In this document: positions 29,801 to 38,884 of the stretch, one piece after another
Layout of the letters: each line of letters opens with the position of its first letter
How positions within the stretch are numbered: the stretch's first letter is position 1
DNA from: Candidatus Brocadiia bacterium
Lineage (GTDB): Bacteria; Planctomycetota; Brocadiia; SM23-32
Assembly (NCBI GenBank): GCA_046538485.1
Contig: JBKHIT010000010.1
Location: 32,001-96,000 of the forward strand
Length of the DNA stretch: 64,000 nt
Direction of reading: 5' to 3'
Notes under the pieces: generated by a model
The model's database searches: none
What the model was told of the DNA's origin: nothing
Seen by the model: only the letters and a program-made list of their open reading frames with translations
Program-made: the position numbers and the translations under genes

Positions 29801-31091
29801 AAGCTCCAAATCGCGCCATAGCAAGAAAAGGGCACGCGGAGAAGACTTATTTTTCGACATCCGGGAATGCGAAGAAGATGTCACAATTTATATTCCTTAC
29901 ATGGATGATCACGGTTTGATGATGCAGTCAGCACTCCGCGCAAACGGCATCAACGCCGAGGCCCTGCCGGTATCCGATGCCGAAAGCGTTGAAATCGGCC
30001 GATCCTTCACAACCGGAAACGAATGTTTCCCGTGCATTCTCACAACAGGAGATATCGTTAAAAAAACCCGGGAAGAGAGTTTCGAGCCCGACAAATCGGC
30101 ATTTTTCATGGCGCAGGCCAACGGACCCTGCCGGTTTGGCCAGTACCATAAGTTCCACCGAATGGTGCTCGACGACCTGGGGCTTGATCAGGTAAAGATG
30201 GTGGTCCTTGATCAGACAAACGATTTCTCCAATTGCCTCCAGAGTTTTGGCCCCGATTTTTATAAAACCTGCTGGGAACTGCTTGTGATCGTTGATTACA
30301 TGCAGAAGCTGGTTCGGGAAACCCGACCTTATGAAATCAATGAAGGCGAAACCGACCGGAGCTATAAAGAATGTCTTCACCAGCTGGCCGAAATTGCGGA
30401 AGAAAAAGCAAATTATTCCAGTTTCGTACCGGAAATTTGCAGCCGACTCGAAAGTATTCCGATCGATGATTCCCAAGAACGGCCCTTGATCGGTATCGTG
30501 GGGGAAATCTACGTGAGATCGAACCCATACGCCAATAATTTCCTCGCCCGACGACTCGAAGAAAACGGCGCTCAGGTGATGTTGCCCCCCTTCCAGGAAT
30601 GGATCAACTACATTGCCGCTGACCGACGTGAAATCGCCTGGCAGGAAGGCAAAATCTGGTCGTTCGTCAAAGAATGGATCACCGAGTTCGCCGCACGCTG
30701 GACCGAAGGGCGTATCAGCAAAAACTTCCAGGAGTCTATCAACCACATTCCCCGGGAAAGTAGCATCGGAGAAGTGATAAAACTCGGGGCGCGATACCTT
30801 GATCCCACGGTGAAAGGAGAAGCCATCCTCAGCATGGGGCGTGCGGTCGAATACGCCCATCACGGGTTCGACGGTATCATAAACGTCGCTCCGTTCGGAT
30901 GTATGCCCGGTGCAATTGTCAATAGCCTGCTGGAAAAATACCGACGCAACCACAACATCCCTGTTTTGAAACTCGATTACGACGGCCTGCAACAGTCAAA
31001 TGAGGGCACAGCCCTTGAGGCATTCATCCATCAGGCCCGACTCCACATGCGGCAGAAGAAACAAGAAGCTTACGCAGACCAATCACATTGA
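26886..31091 (+). CDS. Acyl-CoA dehydratase activase fusion (two BadF/BcrAD-type ASKHA ATPase domains plus DUF2229 / HgdC-associated domains)
   Basis: Two GxDxGS.S / EIGG.D.K / CxAGTGSFL..QA.RL / RC.VF..SD repeats; C..C.N.C; ETCLP.K..HGH; F.CGPD; GPCRFGQY; PFGCMP. Confidence 0.88.
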   Translation: MSCYIGLDVGSISADFVVANEKGRVLDSSYIRTFGQPLPIVLEQLKALEQKHEVSGVCVTGSGAKIVAELLDVPFINEIVAQSKATMELHPEVRTIMEIGGEDSKLIRIEQGDDGSPRVVDFALNSMCSAGTGSFLDQQASRLLVSIEEFAELALKSDHPARVAGRCSVFAKSDMIHLQQQGTPDYDIIAGLCFAMARNFRSTLGKGNDFARPVAFQGGVAFNPGMQRAFKEVLQLKDEEFIIPENPGCTGAYGAVLDALEKDLDCSVSDFSAIEKHMDEYTHEAERLDQLIDDGYGTDTSCHKLPDQNEIAEVYVGVDIGSISTNAVVIDPNMNVISRCYLMTEGRPIEAVKKALYQVGQEIGDKVEVKGACTTGSGRYLIAEFIGADLVKNEITTHARGAIAMDPEVDTIFEIGGQDAKYISLQDGAVVDFAMNKVCAAGTGSFLEEQAERLDLNIEEEFGQTALSSEEPVKLGERCTVFMESDLNYHQQRGVATPDLVGGLCYSIVYNYLNRVVEDRRVGDNIFFQGGVAFNRGVKAAFEQITGKKITVPPHQDVMGAVGAAIIAREDSPETSTFRGFDLRDVQYELTTFECKGCSNRCEIHKVSIEGQKPLHYGSRCGKYDDQKKYKKGEGLPKLFEEREEALLNTYSKNQPDDPLNVRIGIPRALTFFDLYPLWKAFFTELGCEVVPSKPTNRQVISQGSEHTTTETCLPIKVAHGHVANLLERDVDYIFAPSVINMEHEAEEIVHSYLCPLVQSLPYLLRVAFAEQVEAGELPLIAPVMHFENGRKHIDGKLRDLAQMFEVPSSRVNRAIEKGWEALDRFHATCQKRGQEILDGLGEDEIALAIMSRPYNGCDPGINLAIPDKLRDLGVLAIPIDFLPLDIRGIQNDFPHMYWKYGQKIIAAGKYIADKPNLHAIYITNFRCGPDSFITKFFARVIGKPYLTLEIDEHSADVGAITRCEAFIDSLRSSKSRHSKKRARGEDLFFDIRECEEDVTIYIPYMDDHGLMMQSALRANGINAEALPVSDAESVEIGRSFTTGNECFPCILTTGDIVKKTREESFEPDKSAFFMAQANGPCRFGQYHKFHRMVLDDLGLDQVKMVVLDQTNDFSNCLQSFGPDFYKTCWELLVIVDYMQKLVRETRPYEINEGETDRSYKECLHQLAEIAEEKANYSSFVPEICSRLESIPIDDSQERPLIGIVGEIYVRSNPYANNFLARRLEENGAQVMLPPFQEWINYIAADRREIAWQEGKIWSFVKEWITEFAARWTEGRISKNFQESINHIPRESSIGEVIKLGARYLDPTVKGEAILSMGRAVEYAHHGFDGIINVAPFGCMPGAIVNSLLEKYRRNHNIPVLKLDYDGLQQSNEGTALEAFIHQARLHMRQKKQEAYADQSH

Positions 31092-31227
31092 AGCAAAACG
31101 CGTTGAGCGTTTAACCGGTACAACAGCCCCCGGAAAGCGTGTACGAAGCATAACGCAAAAGAATACCAGAACATGCGTATAAACCGAGCGGATCGCGTCC
31201 GAAATAAAAACAAAAGGAGATGCTCCC

Positions 31228-31716
31228 ATGGAAGGTAAGTGCTGGATATTCGGCGACGATATCAATACCGACGAAATCATTCCGGCCCGATACCTGAATA
31301 CCACCGATCCCGAAGAACTGGCCGCCCACTGTATGGAAGACGCCGACGCCAATTTCGTCAGTAAAGCCGAACCCGGAGATATCATAGTCGGCGGCAGAAA
31401 CTTTGGTTGCGGTTCCAGCCGCGAACACGCCCCTATCGCTATCAAAGGTTTCGGAATCCAGTGCGTTGTCGCGGAATCATTTGCCCGCATATTTTTCCGC
31501 AACTGCATCAACATCGGCCTCCCCATTGCCGAATGTCCCGATGCCGCCTCCGAAGTGAAAGAAGGCGATGTGCTGGAAATCGATGTTGAAGAAGGACGGA
31601 TTACAAACACCAGCCAGGGCAAAACCTACGACTTCCGCCCCTATCCAGAAGAAATCCGCGGTATCATTAAAGCTGGGGGGCTGATGAATTTCGCCCGCCA
31701 GCTCAAGACAGAATAA
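31228..31716 (+). CDS. leuD: 3-isopropylmalate dehydratase small subunit
   Basis: GDDINTDEIIPARYL, NFGCGSSREHAP, SFARIFFRNCIN.G; SD AAGGAG. Confidence 0.9.
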   Translation: MEGKCWIFGDDINTDEIIPARYLNTTDPEELAAHCMEDADANFVSKAEPGDIIVGGRNFGCGSSREHAPIAIKGFGIQCVVAESFARIFFRNCINIGLPIAECPDAASEVKEGDVLEIDVEEGRITNTSQGKTYDFRPYPEEIRGIIKAGGLMNFARQLKTE

Positions 31717-32122
31717 GACCGTCAGGACGCTTCATAATTCAGCTCTATTCAAAGCTCCTTCTGCCGACTGCCCTCATGCTCCCAAAGTGCCCCGATAGCG
31801 CCTCCCCGCTAAACCGAATGTTTCATGAATTCAAGGGGATAATTATTGTAGGATCTTGCTCAAATACGCTTTACGTGAAAAAGTCAGGGTATGTTTTTTG
31901 TGCGCAGGGTGTACTGAGAAATCTAAAAAACGAAAGAAAGAATTTCAAAAATACTTGCAACAGGTCTTCTTTTATGTATCATTATGCTTAGTTGCTGGTA
32001 TGTTTTTGGCAAGCTCAGGAGACGGGATTTGGCAAAAAGAATGGAAATGGCAGATACAGGGTTTTGATAAGCTCCGCTTAATTCGCGGTGCGGGGCAAGA
32101 TTTTACAGGAGAGGAGAAGTCT

Positions 32123-33028
32123 ATGGTAGCAGCAATTATTGGGACTATTATAGCGGTCATTCTGGGTGTTGTAGCGATCATCGTCTATATCGTGGGAGCT
32201 CGTCCGCAGAAGCCCTGGGGCACTCCAGTAATGGCAATTTGCGTAATCGGTGCTGTCGCTGCCGTTTTTGCGCAGCAATTTGATCTTTTCGAGAAAGCAG
32301 GGCGACGGCGTGGTCCCCGTTACATGGAACTTCAAAAAATGGGTGAAGGCTTCAAGGGCCAACTGTCCGAAGGCGCCCGAGTGATAATTTTCCGCACTCC
32401 TTACGAGATGATGGAGCCGGGAATGATGCCTCCCCCCGAAGAAATGCCGGAAGGTACTTCATCGGAAGAGTACCGCAAAGAAATGGAGGATATGCGGGCT
32501 CAGATGGAAGAGCAAAAGGTCAAGCAGACCAAAGAGATGGAGAAAGCCTTCGAAAAAGGTCTCGGCGCAGATATCGAATTGGTAGCCTGCACGGCTCCTA
32601 AAGTTAAAGGTGCCAAGCCAGGGATGGAAATGGCTGATGCCGCCGGACCAATGGGCAATTTCCCCGCACCAGCATTCTCTCGAGTCCTGGACAAGTACAA
32701 AGATCAGGGGCTTGACGCCTGGATCTCAACCATTGGCCTTCCCCGGGCTATGGACGAAGAATTCTCCCCTCAACTCCAATACGTGAGCAGTTTTAAATGG
32801 AGCAATCCTCCGGCTGTCGGAGTGCATGTCGGCATGGCATACAACCCCGCTGAAATAAAGGGGTACATGGGCCACGACAAACTGGATGTTGCGGTGCTCC
32901 AGGATATGAAGGGAGAGGGCAAAAACGTCGAACGCATCTGGAAAGTTATAACTAAAGATACTCTTTCCGAACTACCCGCTGAACCTTCGGAACAGTATAA
33001 AAGTATGATGGGCACTGGTGCTCCATAA
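32123..33028 (+). CDS. Hypothetical membrane-anchored protein (2 N-terminal TM, Met/Pro-rich linker)
   Basis: ATG 32123 behind strong SD GAGGAG; two hydrophobic helices; followed by a terminator. Confidence 0.65.
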   Translation: MVAAIIGTIIAVILGVVAIIVYIVGARPQKPWGTPVMAICVIGAVAAVFAQQFDLFEKAGRRRGPRYMELQKMGEGFKGQLSEGARVIIFRTPYEMMEPGMMPPPEEMPEGTSSEEYRKEMEDMRAQMEEQKVKQTKEMEKAFEKGLGADIELVACTAPKVKGAKPGMEMADAAGPMGNFPAPAFSRVLDKYKDQGLDAWISTIGLPRAMDEEFSPQLQYVSSFKWSNPPAVGVHVGMAYNPAEIKGYMGHDKLDVAVLQDMKGEGKNVERIWKVITKDTLSELPAEPSEQYKSMMGTGAP

Positions 33029-33059
33029 ATAAAGCTGCTGTTCCAGAAAGATGCTTGCC

Positions 33060-33093
33060 GCCCGGATCGATTTGTCGGTCCGGGCTTTTTTTT
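33060..33093 (+). terminator. Rho-independent terminator
   Basis: GCCCGGATCGA / TCGGTCCGGGC stem followed by T8. Confidence 0.8.
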
Positions 33094-33268
33094 CTGAGCC
33101 TCACCGGGAAAACAGGCAAAACAATCATCTTTGACTGGCATATCCGATTCTCTTCCAAAGGGAATGAACTCATTTGTAAGCATCTCTGTGGTCGTGAAAT
33201 TGCTGTTTGCTTATCCTATAATGCGGGTTTCGCACATCAGTAAAAGGTACAGGAAGAGGATATAAGCT

Positions 33269-34261
33269 ATCGACAAAAACAGTGCCCATCAGATTTGGGA
33301 AACTCTAACCGACGGCACACCGATCGTTGTCACTTCCCATCAGAACCTCGACGGAGACGGTGCGGGCGCTGCCCTTGCGTTATGGAATGGACTCAATAAA
33401 AGCGCCATCAAATGTCTGACCTATTTCAAGCCTCCCATCCCGAAAGCTCTTCAATCGTTGCCGGGATTAGGAGAACACGTAGAAAATATCACAGAACTTC
33501 CGTCCCGCTTTCATCTTGTGGTTTTGGACTGCGGATCAATCGATAGAATCGGAGAACTCTCACGCGAAAAAACCCGATTCGTTAAGATTATCAATATTGA
33601 CCATCATCGAACCAATGATTTTTTTGGCCATCAAAATCTCGTAGAGCAAACGGTAAGCTCTACCGCAGAACTGGTGTACCGCATACTGAAAACCGGCGAT
33701 GTATGCTTCGAAGAATCTATTGCTCGCTGTCTGTATGCTGCGATACTGACCGATACCGGCTCTTTCACTTTCAGTAATACGACCCCGCAAGCATTCGAAA
33801 TTGCAGCCGAACTGGTTCATCTTGGCGTCGAGCCCTGGCGGCTTGCCGACAAACTATATTTTTCTCCTCCAGAAGAAGTCGTGCGCCTGAAAGGGCTTGC
33901 CATCAGCACTCTCCGGTTGGAGAAAAACGGCAGAGTCGCTACCATGAAAATAACCGAAGATATGTTTCGGCAAACAGGTGCATGCCCCGTTGATACACAG
34001 GGTTTCGCTGATATACCCATTTCCGTGCGAAATGTGGAAGTCTCAGCCCTGTTAAAAGAAATAAAGGGAAATCCAAAACCACCCTGCATAAAAATCAGTC
34101 TCCGTAGCCGTGCTGCGAGGCAGCCAGTTGACGTCTGTGCTGTCGCTGAGTCTTTCGGTGGCGGAGGCCACCGGCACGCGGCAGGGTGTGAAATGGAAGT
34201 CGATATTGATGAAGCACGCAAAATAATCGTTGAAACTCTGAGCCAGGAACTTGAACCATGA
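33269..34261 (+). CDS. nrnA: DHH/DHHA1 phosphoesterase (NrnA-like oligoribonuclease / pAp phosphatase); true start appears to be ATC at 33269
   Basis: IVVTSHQNLDGDG (upstream of the ORF-track start), VLDCG, NIDHH, TDTGSF, SLRS, GGGGH.HAAG. Confidence 0.85.
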   Translation: MDKNSAHQIWETLTDGTPIVVTSHQNLDGDGAGAALALWNGLNKSAIKCLTYFKPPIPKALQSLPGLGEHVENITELPSRFHLVVLDCGSIDRIGELSREKTRFVKIINIDHHRTNDFFGHQNLVEQTVSSTAELVYRILKTGDVCFEESIARCLYAAILTDTGSFTFSNTTPQAFEIAAELVHLGVEPWRLADKLYFSPPEEVVRLKGLAISTLRLEKNGRVATMKITEDMFRQTGACPVDTQGFADIPISVRNVEVSALLKEIKGNPKPPCIKISLRSRAARQPVDVCAVAESFGGGGHRHAAGCEMEVDIDEARKIIVETLSQELEP

Positions 34262-36159
34262 GTAATTTTCTGGATTCCATCGAATCGCCAGAGGATCTTC
34301 GGACTCTCACTCGCGGGCAACTCCGGAGACTCTCGGAAGAGGTGCGCGAGCTTATTATCGAGGTCATCAGCCAAAATGGAGGGCACCTGGCCAGCAACCT
34401 CGGAGTCGTTGAACTAACAGTCGCCCTCCACTACTGCTTCGATTTCCTGAAAGACGCGCTGATCTGGGACGTCGGACATCAGTGCTATACGCATAAAATC
34501 CTCACCGGTAGAAAAGAGTCATTCCACACTCTCCGCCAGGAAAACGGTATTAGCGGATTCGCTAATAAAGAAGAAAGTCCTTACGACAGATTTTCCTTCG
34601 GCCATACGGGGACAAGTCTCAGCGCCGCCCTCGGCCTGGCCTGTGCATCTGAAATTACTGACGAAGGCCGCCGAATTGTTGCCGTCATTGGGGACGGCGC
34701 CATCGCCAGCGGTATGCCCTTCGAAGCGCTGAACCACGCTGGAGATACTGAAAAAAACCTTCTGTTCATCTTGAATGATAACGAAATGAGCATTTCCCCC
34801 TCCGTGGGAGGCGTGGCAGGATATCTCAGTAAAATACGTTCCAGCACGCCTTACATGGGTCTTAAAAGAGAGATTCAAGAACTCACCTCCCGCTGGCAGT
34901 CGGCTCTTAAAGGCTTTAATACCCTCTACGGACGGCTTTCCGACGGCCTCCAGAGCGCTCTGACACCCGGCGGCCTGTTTGTAGAACTCGGATTTCATTA
35001 CTACGGGCCGGTCGACGGACACGACCTGGGAGAACTTATCGATGCCCTGAACCATATGAAACGTATCGAAGGGCCCGTATTGCTCCACGTGCTGACAGAA
35101 AAAGGGAAAGGGTTCAAGCCAGCCCATGAAGACCCAACCGGGTTTCATAGCAGCGGAACGTTTCGATTCGAAAACGGTAAAATCTGCACTCCCGAAGAAG
35201 ATATCGCCGAGAAAGACGAAGATGAAAACCAAATCCCGTCGTGGTCGGAGACAATGGGAGACATTATTCTGCGGAAAGCTCGGCAAAACGAACGGATCGT
35301 TTCCATCACAGCCGCAATGTGCCACGGAACGGGCCTCCGCGATTTTTCGGAAGAGTTTCCGGACCGCTTCTACGACGTCGGTATCTGCGAACAACATGGG
35401 CTGGGGTTCGCCGGCGGCCTGGCGGCCGCAAATCTCAACCCTGTCTTCTGCATCTATTCGACATTCCTGCAGCGGGCTTTCGATCAGCTCTTCCACGATA
35501 TCGCACTCCAGAAAGCACATGTCATCTTCGGAATCGATCGTGCCGGTCTGGTCGGTAACGATGGTCCAACGCACCATGGACTCCACGACATCGCCTGCTG
35601 CCGCTCTTTCCCGGGATTTGTGGTTATGGCTCCCGCGGACCAGCATGAGCTGGAAATCATGTTCAACCTCGCCCTCGATGCCGAACAGCCCTGCGCAATC
35701 CGCTATCCCCGGGAAAAAATGCCCCCGGAAAACTTCTCTACCGAACAGGATTTCGCAATCGGACAGGCCGAATACCTGGCGGAGGGCGAAGACGCAGCGA
35801 TTGTCGGCTACGGGGCTATGGTGAGTCGAGCCGTCCAAGCGGCGGCAATTCTTGAAGACCAAAATCATTCAATAACAGTTGTGAACGCCCGATTTGCCAA
35901 GCCAGTCGACAGGGAACTTCTGGTAGAAGTAGTCGAAAACCACAAAGCCGTCCTGCTTGCTGAAGACCATTCAGAAGCCGCGGGATTCGGTAGCGCGGTA
36001 ATGGAAACACTCTCGCGTGAAGGAATCAATGCTTCCAACGTGCGCATCGCCGGCGTGCCGGACCAGTTTATTCCACACGCCACTCGCGACAGTCAGCTCA
36101 CACACCTTGAACTGGATCCGGAAGGTCTCGCCCAACGAGTTCAACGCATGCTTGGCTGA
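34258..36159 (+). CDS. dxs: 1-deoxy-D-xylulose-5-phosphate synthase
   Basis: GGHLASNLGVVELT, WDVGHQCY.HK, GDGA...GM.FEALN, LNDN.MSI, DVGICEQH, YSTFLQRA.DQ, DGPTHHG. Confidence 0.96.
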   Translation: MSNFLDSIESPEDLRTLTRGQLRRLSEEVRELIIEVISQNGGHLASNLGVVELTVALHYCFDFLKDALIWDVGHQCYTHKILTGRKESFHTLRQENGISGFANKEESPYDRFSFGHTGTSLSAALGLACASEITDEGRRIVAVIGDGAIASGMPFEALNHAGDTEKNLLFILNDNEMSISPSVGGVAGYLSKIRSSTPYMGLKREIQELTSRWQSALKGFNTLYGRLSDGLQSALTPGGLFVELGFHYYGPVDGHDLGELIDALNHMKRIEGPVLLHVLTEKGKGFKPAHEDPTGFHSSGTFRFENGKICTPEEDIAEKDEDENQIPSWSETMGDIILRKARQNERIVSITAAMCHGTGLRDFSEEFPDRFYDVGICEQHGLGFAGGLAAANLNPVFCIYSTFLQRAFDQLFHDIALQKAHVIFGIDRAGLVGNDGPTHHGLHDIACCRSFPGFVVMAPADQHELEIMFNLALDAEQPCAIRYPREKMPPENFSTEQDFAIGQAEYLAEGEDAAIVGYGAMVSRAVQAAAILEDQNHSITVVNARFAKPVDRELLVEVVENHKAVLLAEDHSEAAGFGSAVMETLSREGINASNVRIAGVPDQFIPHATRDSQLTHLELDPEGLAQRVQRMLG

Positions 36160-36265
36160 TCCTCGCCAATGCCGGGTTGATAATGAATTCTGCCCTGCGT
36201 ACACTATGCTCCGACCGTAAAAATCATTCCACTCAGACCAAATACCGAAATGAGAGGACCTAACG

Positions 36266-37162
36266 ATGGAATTAAAAGGTGTCATGCCGGCTCTGCTGAC
36301 GTGCTACGACAAAAACGGCGATATTGCTACGGATAATCTGGAAGACTTTATCGGATTTTTTCTGGAAAGGGGCTGCAACGGTTTTTTCGTCGGTGGATCC
36401 TCCGGTGAAGGTCTCCTCCAGGATGTCGAAGAACGGGCTGAATATACCGCAGCAGTCGTTAGTGCCGTCGCCGGCGAAGTGCCGGTTATCGCCCACGTGG
36501 GTTCACTAGCGACTCAGGACGCCTGCGAGCTGAGCCGGCGCGCGGCAGAAGCCGGCGCGGACCTGGTCGGGTCCGTCCTTCCCATTTACTATGCCATCAG
36601 CACCGAAGGAACCGTCGATTATTACCGTAGCATCAGCGAAGCGGCCGATCTCCCGGTGCTCGTTTACTACCTTGCCCAAACCGGCGCCGTCCTCGAAGCC
36701 AAAGAGTTTGCCGAAACGATTGCCACCATCCCCGGTGTAAGTGCCATGAAATACACCTCCGCCGAACTGGAAACGTTCTGCAAAATCATCGATCGCACCG
36801 ACCATAGTCTCAGCATGATCATGGGATGCGACCAGCTCTTCCTCCCCGCACTCACCGTTGGCGCGGACGCCGCCATAGGTACGACCTATAACTTTATGCC
36901 CGAAATCTTCGTGGGGATCTACGAAGCTTACCAGGAAGGCAATATCCAGAAAGCCCAAACCTTGATGCAGCGCGGCTTTCAAATCATTTTTGCCTTGAAA
37001 CAAAAATATCCGGTACTGGAAGCGTCAAGAGAAATCCTCAGAATCAGAGGCTGGGATACGGGGCACTGCCGAGGACCGCTGGAAAAATTGACGGACGGGC
37101 AATGCGAAGAGTTGCGCGAGGATCTCGAACGAATCGACTTTTTCTCCGATCCAATTGTCTGA
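36266..37162 (+). CDS. DapA/NanA-family Schiff-base aldolase, NanA-like
   Basis: GGSSGEG, P.YY, KYTS Schiff-base lysine, AIGTTYN; closer to NanA than to DapA (GTTGE/KEA). Confidence 0.8.
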   Translation: MELKGVMPALLTCYDKNGDIATDNLEDFIGFFLERGCNGFFVGGSSGEGLLQDVEERAEYTAAVVSAVAGEVPVIAHVGSLATQDACELSRRAAEAGADLVGSVLPIYYAISTEGTVDYYRSISEAADLPVLVYYLAQTGAVLEAKEFAETIATIPGVSAMKYTSAELETFCKIIDRTDHSLSMIMGCDQLFLPALTVGADAAIGTTYNFMPEIFVGIYEAYQEGNIQKAQTLMQRGFQIIFALKQKYPVLEASREILRIRGWDTGHCRGPLEKLTDGQCEELREDLERIDFFSDPIV

Positions 37163-37208
37163 TCCAAAGCTCCAGCGGGACGAATAACAGTTTCCGGGAG
37201 GCGACATC

Positions 37209-38384
37209 ATGGAAAAGAGTTCTATACTCAGAGCAGGGTACGTCAGCAATGCCCGGAGAATCGTCGTAAAAGTCGGCACTAACGTGCTGACAGGGCCCGC
37301 ACAGTCCCTCGACGAAAGCCGCGTCGATACACTCAGCGAACAGATCGCCTGCCTGACCGATCAAGGCCGAGAAATCGCTCTGGTCTCCAGCGGCGCCATC
37401 GGCGCCGGTATGGCCGAACTCGCCCTCCCCGACCGACCACGTACACTGCCGGAACTTCAGGCCACCGCGAGCGTCGGACAGGGCCGGCTGGTCTCGCGCT
37501 ACGAACTGAGCCTCCATAAACACGGCATCCACGCCGGACAAATTCTGCTCACGCGAGATGATTTCGACTCCCGATCGCGTTACCTTAACGCCAGCAACAC
37601 CATTCACGCGCTCTTCGACGCCGATTGCTTACCCGTCATCAATGAAAACGATACTATCAGCACCGATGAAATACGCTTCGGTGACAACGATCTGCTCGCC
37701 GCTTTCGTCACACACATGATTCGCGCGGAATTGCTCGTGCTGCTCACAAGCGTGCCGGGACTCTGCGCCCCCGAACCCTATCCCAACGCTGTTCGCTCAG
37801 TCCACGATAATCTCAGCGGCGACCACGGAAACGTATTAGATGTCGTGGAGACGGTCGATGAGGACATTCAAAAACTGGCTCTGGACGAAACAAGCCCCGG
37901 CGGAACCGGCGGCATGCAGACAAAACTCGAGGCCGCACGTATCGCCACTGAAGCCGGCGAAGCGGCCCTGATTGCCGACGGACGAACCGACAATATTTTG
38001 CTCGATCTGATGAACGGGAAACGGCTTGGCACCTTGTTTCTGCCCGCGGACGAGCGGCTGGCCAGCCGAAAACGCTGGATCCGGTTCAGCCGGCGGCCAA
38101 AAGGCGACATCTTCGTCGACGAAGGCGCCCGCGCAGCGCTCGAAGAACGCGGCAAAAGCCTGCTTCCAAGCGGCATCACCACCGTGAAAGGTGATTTTTC
38201 CTCCGGGGATGTTGTGCGAATCAAGGGCCCGGATGGCGAAGAATTCGCCCGGGGACTGACAAATTACACCGCCGAAGAGGTGGACAGTATCAAAGGACTG
38301 AAGACCTCCCGCATCGAACCCACACTCGGTCACAAATACTACGACGAAGTCGTCCATCGCGATAACCTCGCCCTGCTGTCGTAG
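37209..38384 (+). CDS. proB: Glutamate 5-kinase with PUA domain
   Basis: VVKVGT, VSSGAI, ASVGQ, INENDT, FGDND.LAA, GTGGM.TK, SLLPSGI, VVHRDNL. Confidence 0.95.
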   Translation: MEKSSILRAGYVSNARRIVVKVGTNVLTGPAQSLDESRVDTLSEQIACLTDQGREIALVSSGAIGAGMAELALPDRPRTLPELQATASVGQGRLVSRYELSLHKHGIHAGQILLTRDDFDSRSRYLNASNTIHALFDADCLPVINENDTISTDEIRFGDNDLLAAFVTHMIRAELLVLLTSVPGLCAPEPYPNAVRSVHDNLSGDHGNVLDVVETVDEDIQKLALDETSPGGTGGMQTKLEAARIATEAGEAALIADGRTDNILLDLMNGKRLGTLFLPADERLASRKRWIRFSRRPKGDIFVDEGARAALEERGKSLLPSGITTVKGDFSSGDVVRIKGPDGEEFARGLTNYTAEEVDSIKGLKTSRIEPTLGHKYYDEVVHRDNLALLS

Positions 38385-38563
38385 GAACCGCAAATCCCAA
38401 TAGTCCGCGGTTCCAGGGAACTCCCAGTGAACAAAAACTCGTGTCTATCAGTATCCCCCTGAAGCACAGGCTTTCCAGCCTGTGGACCGGGTTTTCAGGC
38501 CCGGGTTTTGCACTGGATCCCTGGCGACGCAGACTCGCCACATGGCAGGGCCGCGCGCGGGGA

Positions 38564-38602
38564 AAACTGGACTTGAGGCGGAAAACTTCCGGAAAATGCC
38601 AG
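38564..38602 (-). repeat. Dispersed repeat family A, fragment
   Basis: Reverse complement CTGGCATTTTCCGG......TCCGCCTCAAGTCCAGTTT matches 25141-25179. Confidence 0.65.
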
Positions 38603-38607
38603 AAATC

Positions 38608-38762
38608 TGTGCGTGTTTACCCCAGAAATACCGCTTCATGGGTCATTGCGAGTTCATCGCAAGATGGGCGAAGCAATCCCGTCGTTTTGTTGGCCCAACA
38701 GCGGAATTGCCGCGCAATGAGGTGTGAGCTTAAATCCCACACGTAGAAGCTAAACTCGTACA
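38608..38762. mobile_element. MITE-like element family C, copy 2
   Basis: Ends TGTGCGTGTTTACC / GCTAAACTCGTACA; shares ATACCGCTTCATG..TCATTGCGAGT and CGAAGCAATCC with 22128-22332. Confidence 0.65.
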
Positions 38763-38884
38763 AACCCGGCGGCTCGAAACCTTCTTCTGATATTTACTTT
38801 TTGCCTTCCGTCCCGCCGCAAGATATTATACGAAACCGCATTTCAGTCGATCAAGACTAATAAACATAGGAGTTCAACCTCTTC

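Noticed and set aside
20940..35868. Long antisense ORFs (20940-21932, 22620-23657, 27306-28277, 29928-30992, 34519-35868)
   Set aside because: Shadow frames opposite well-supported genes
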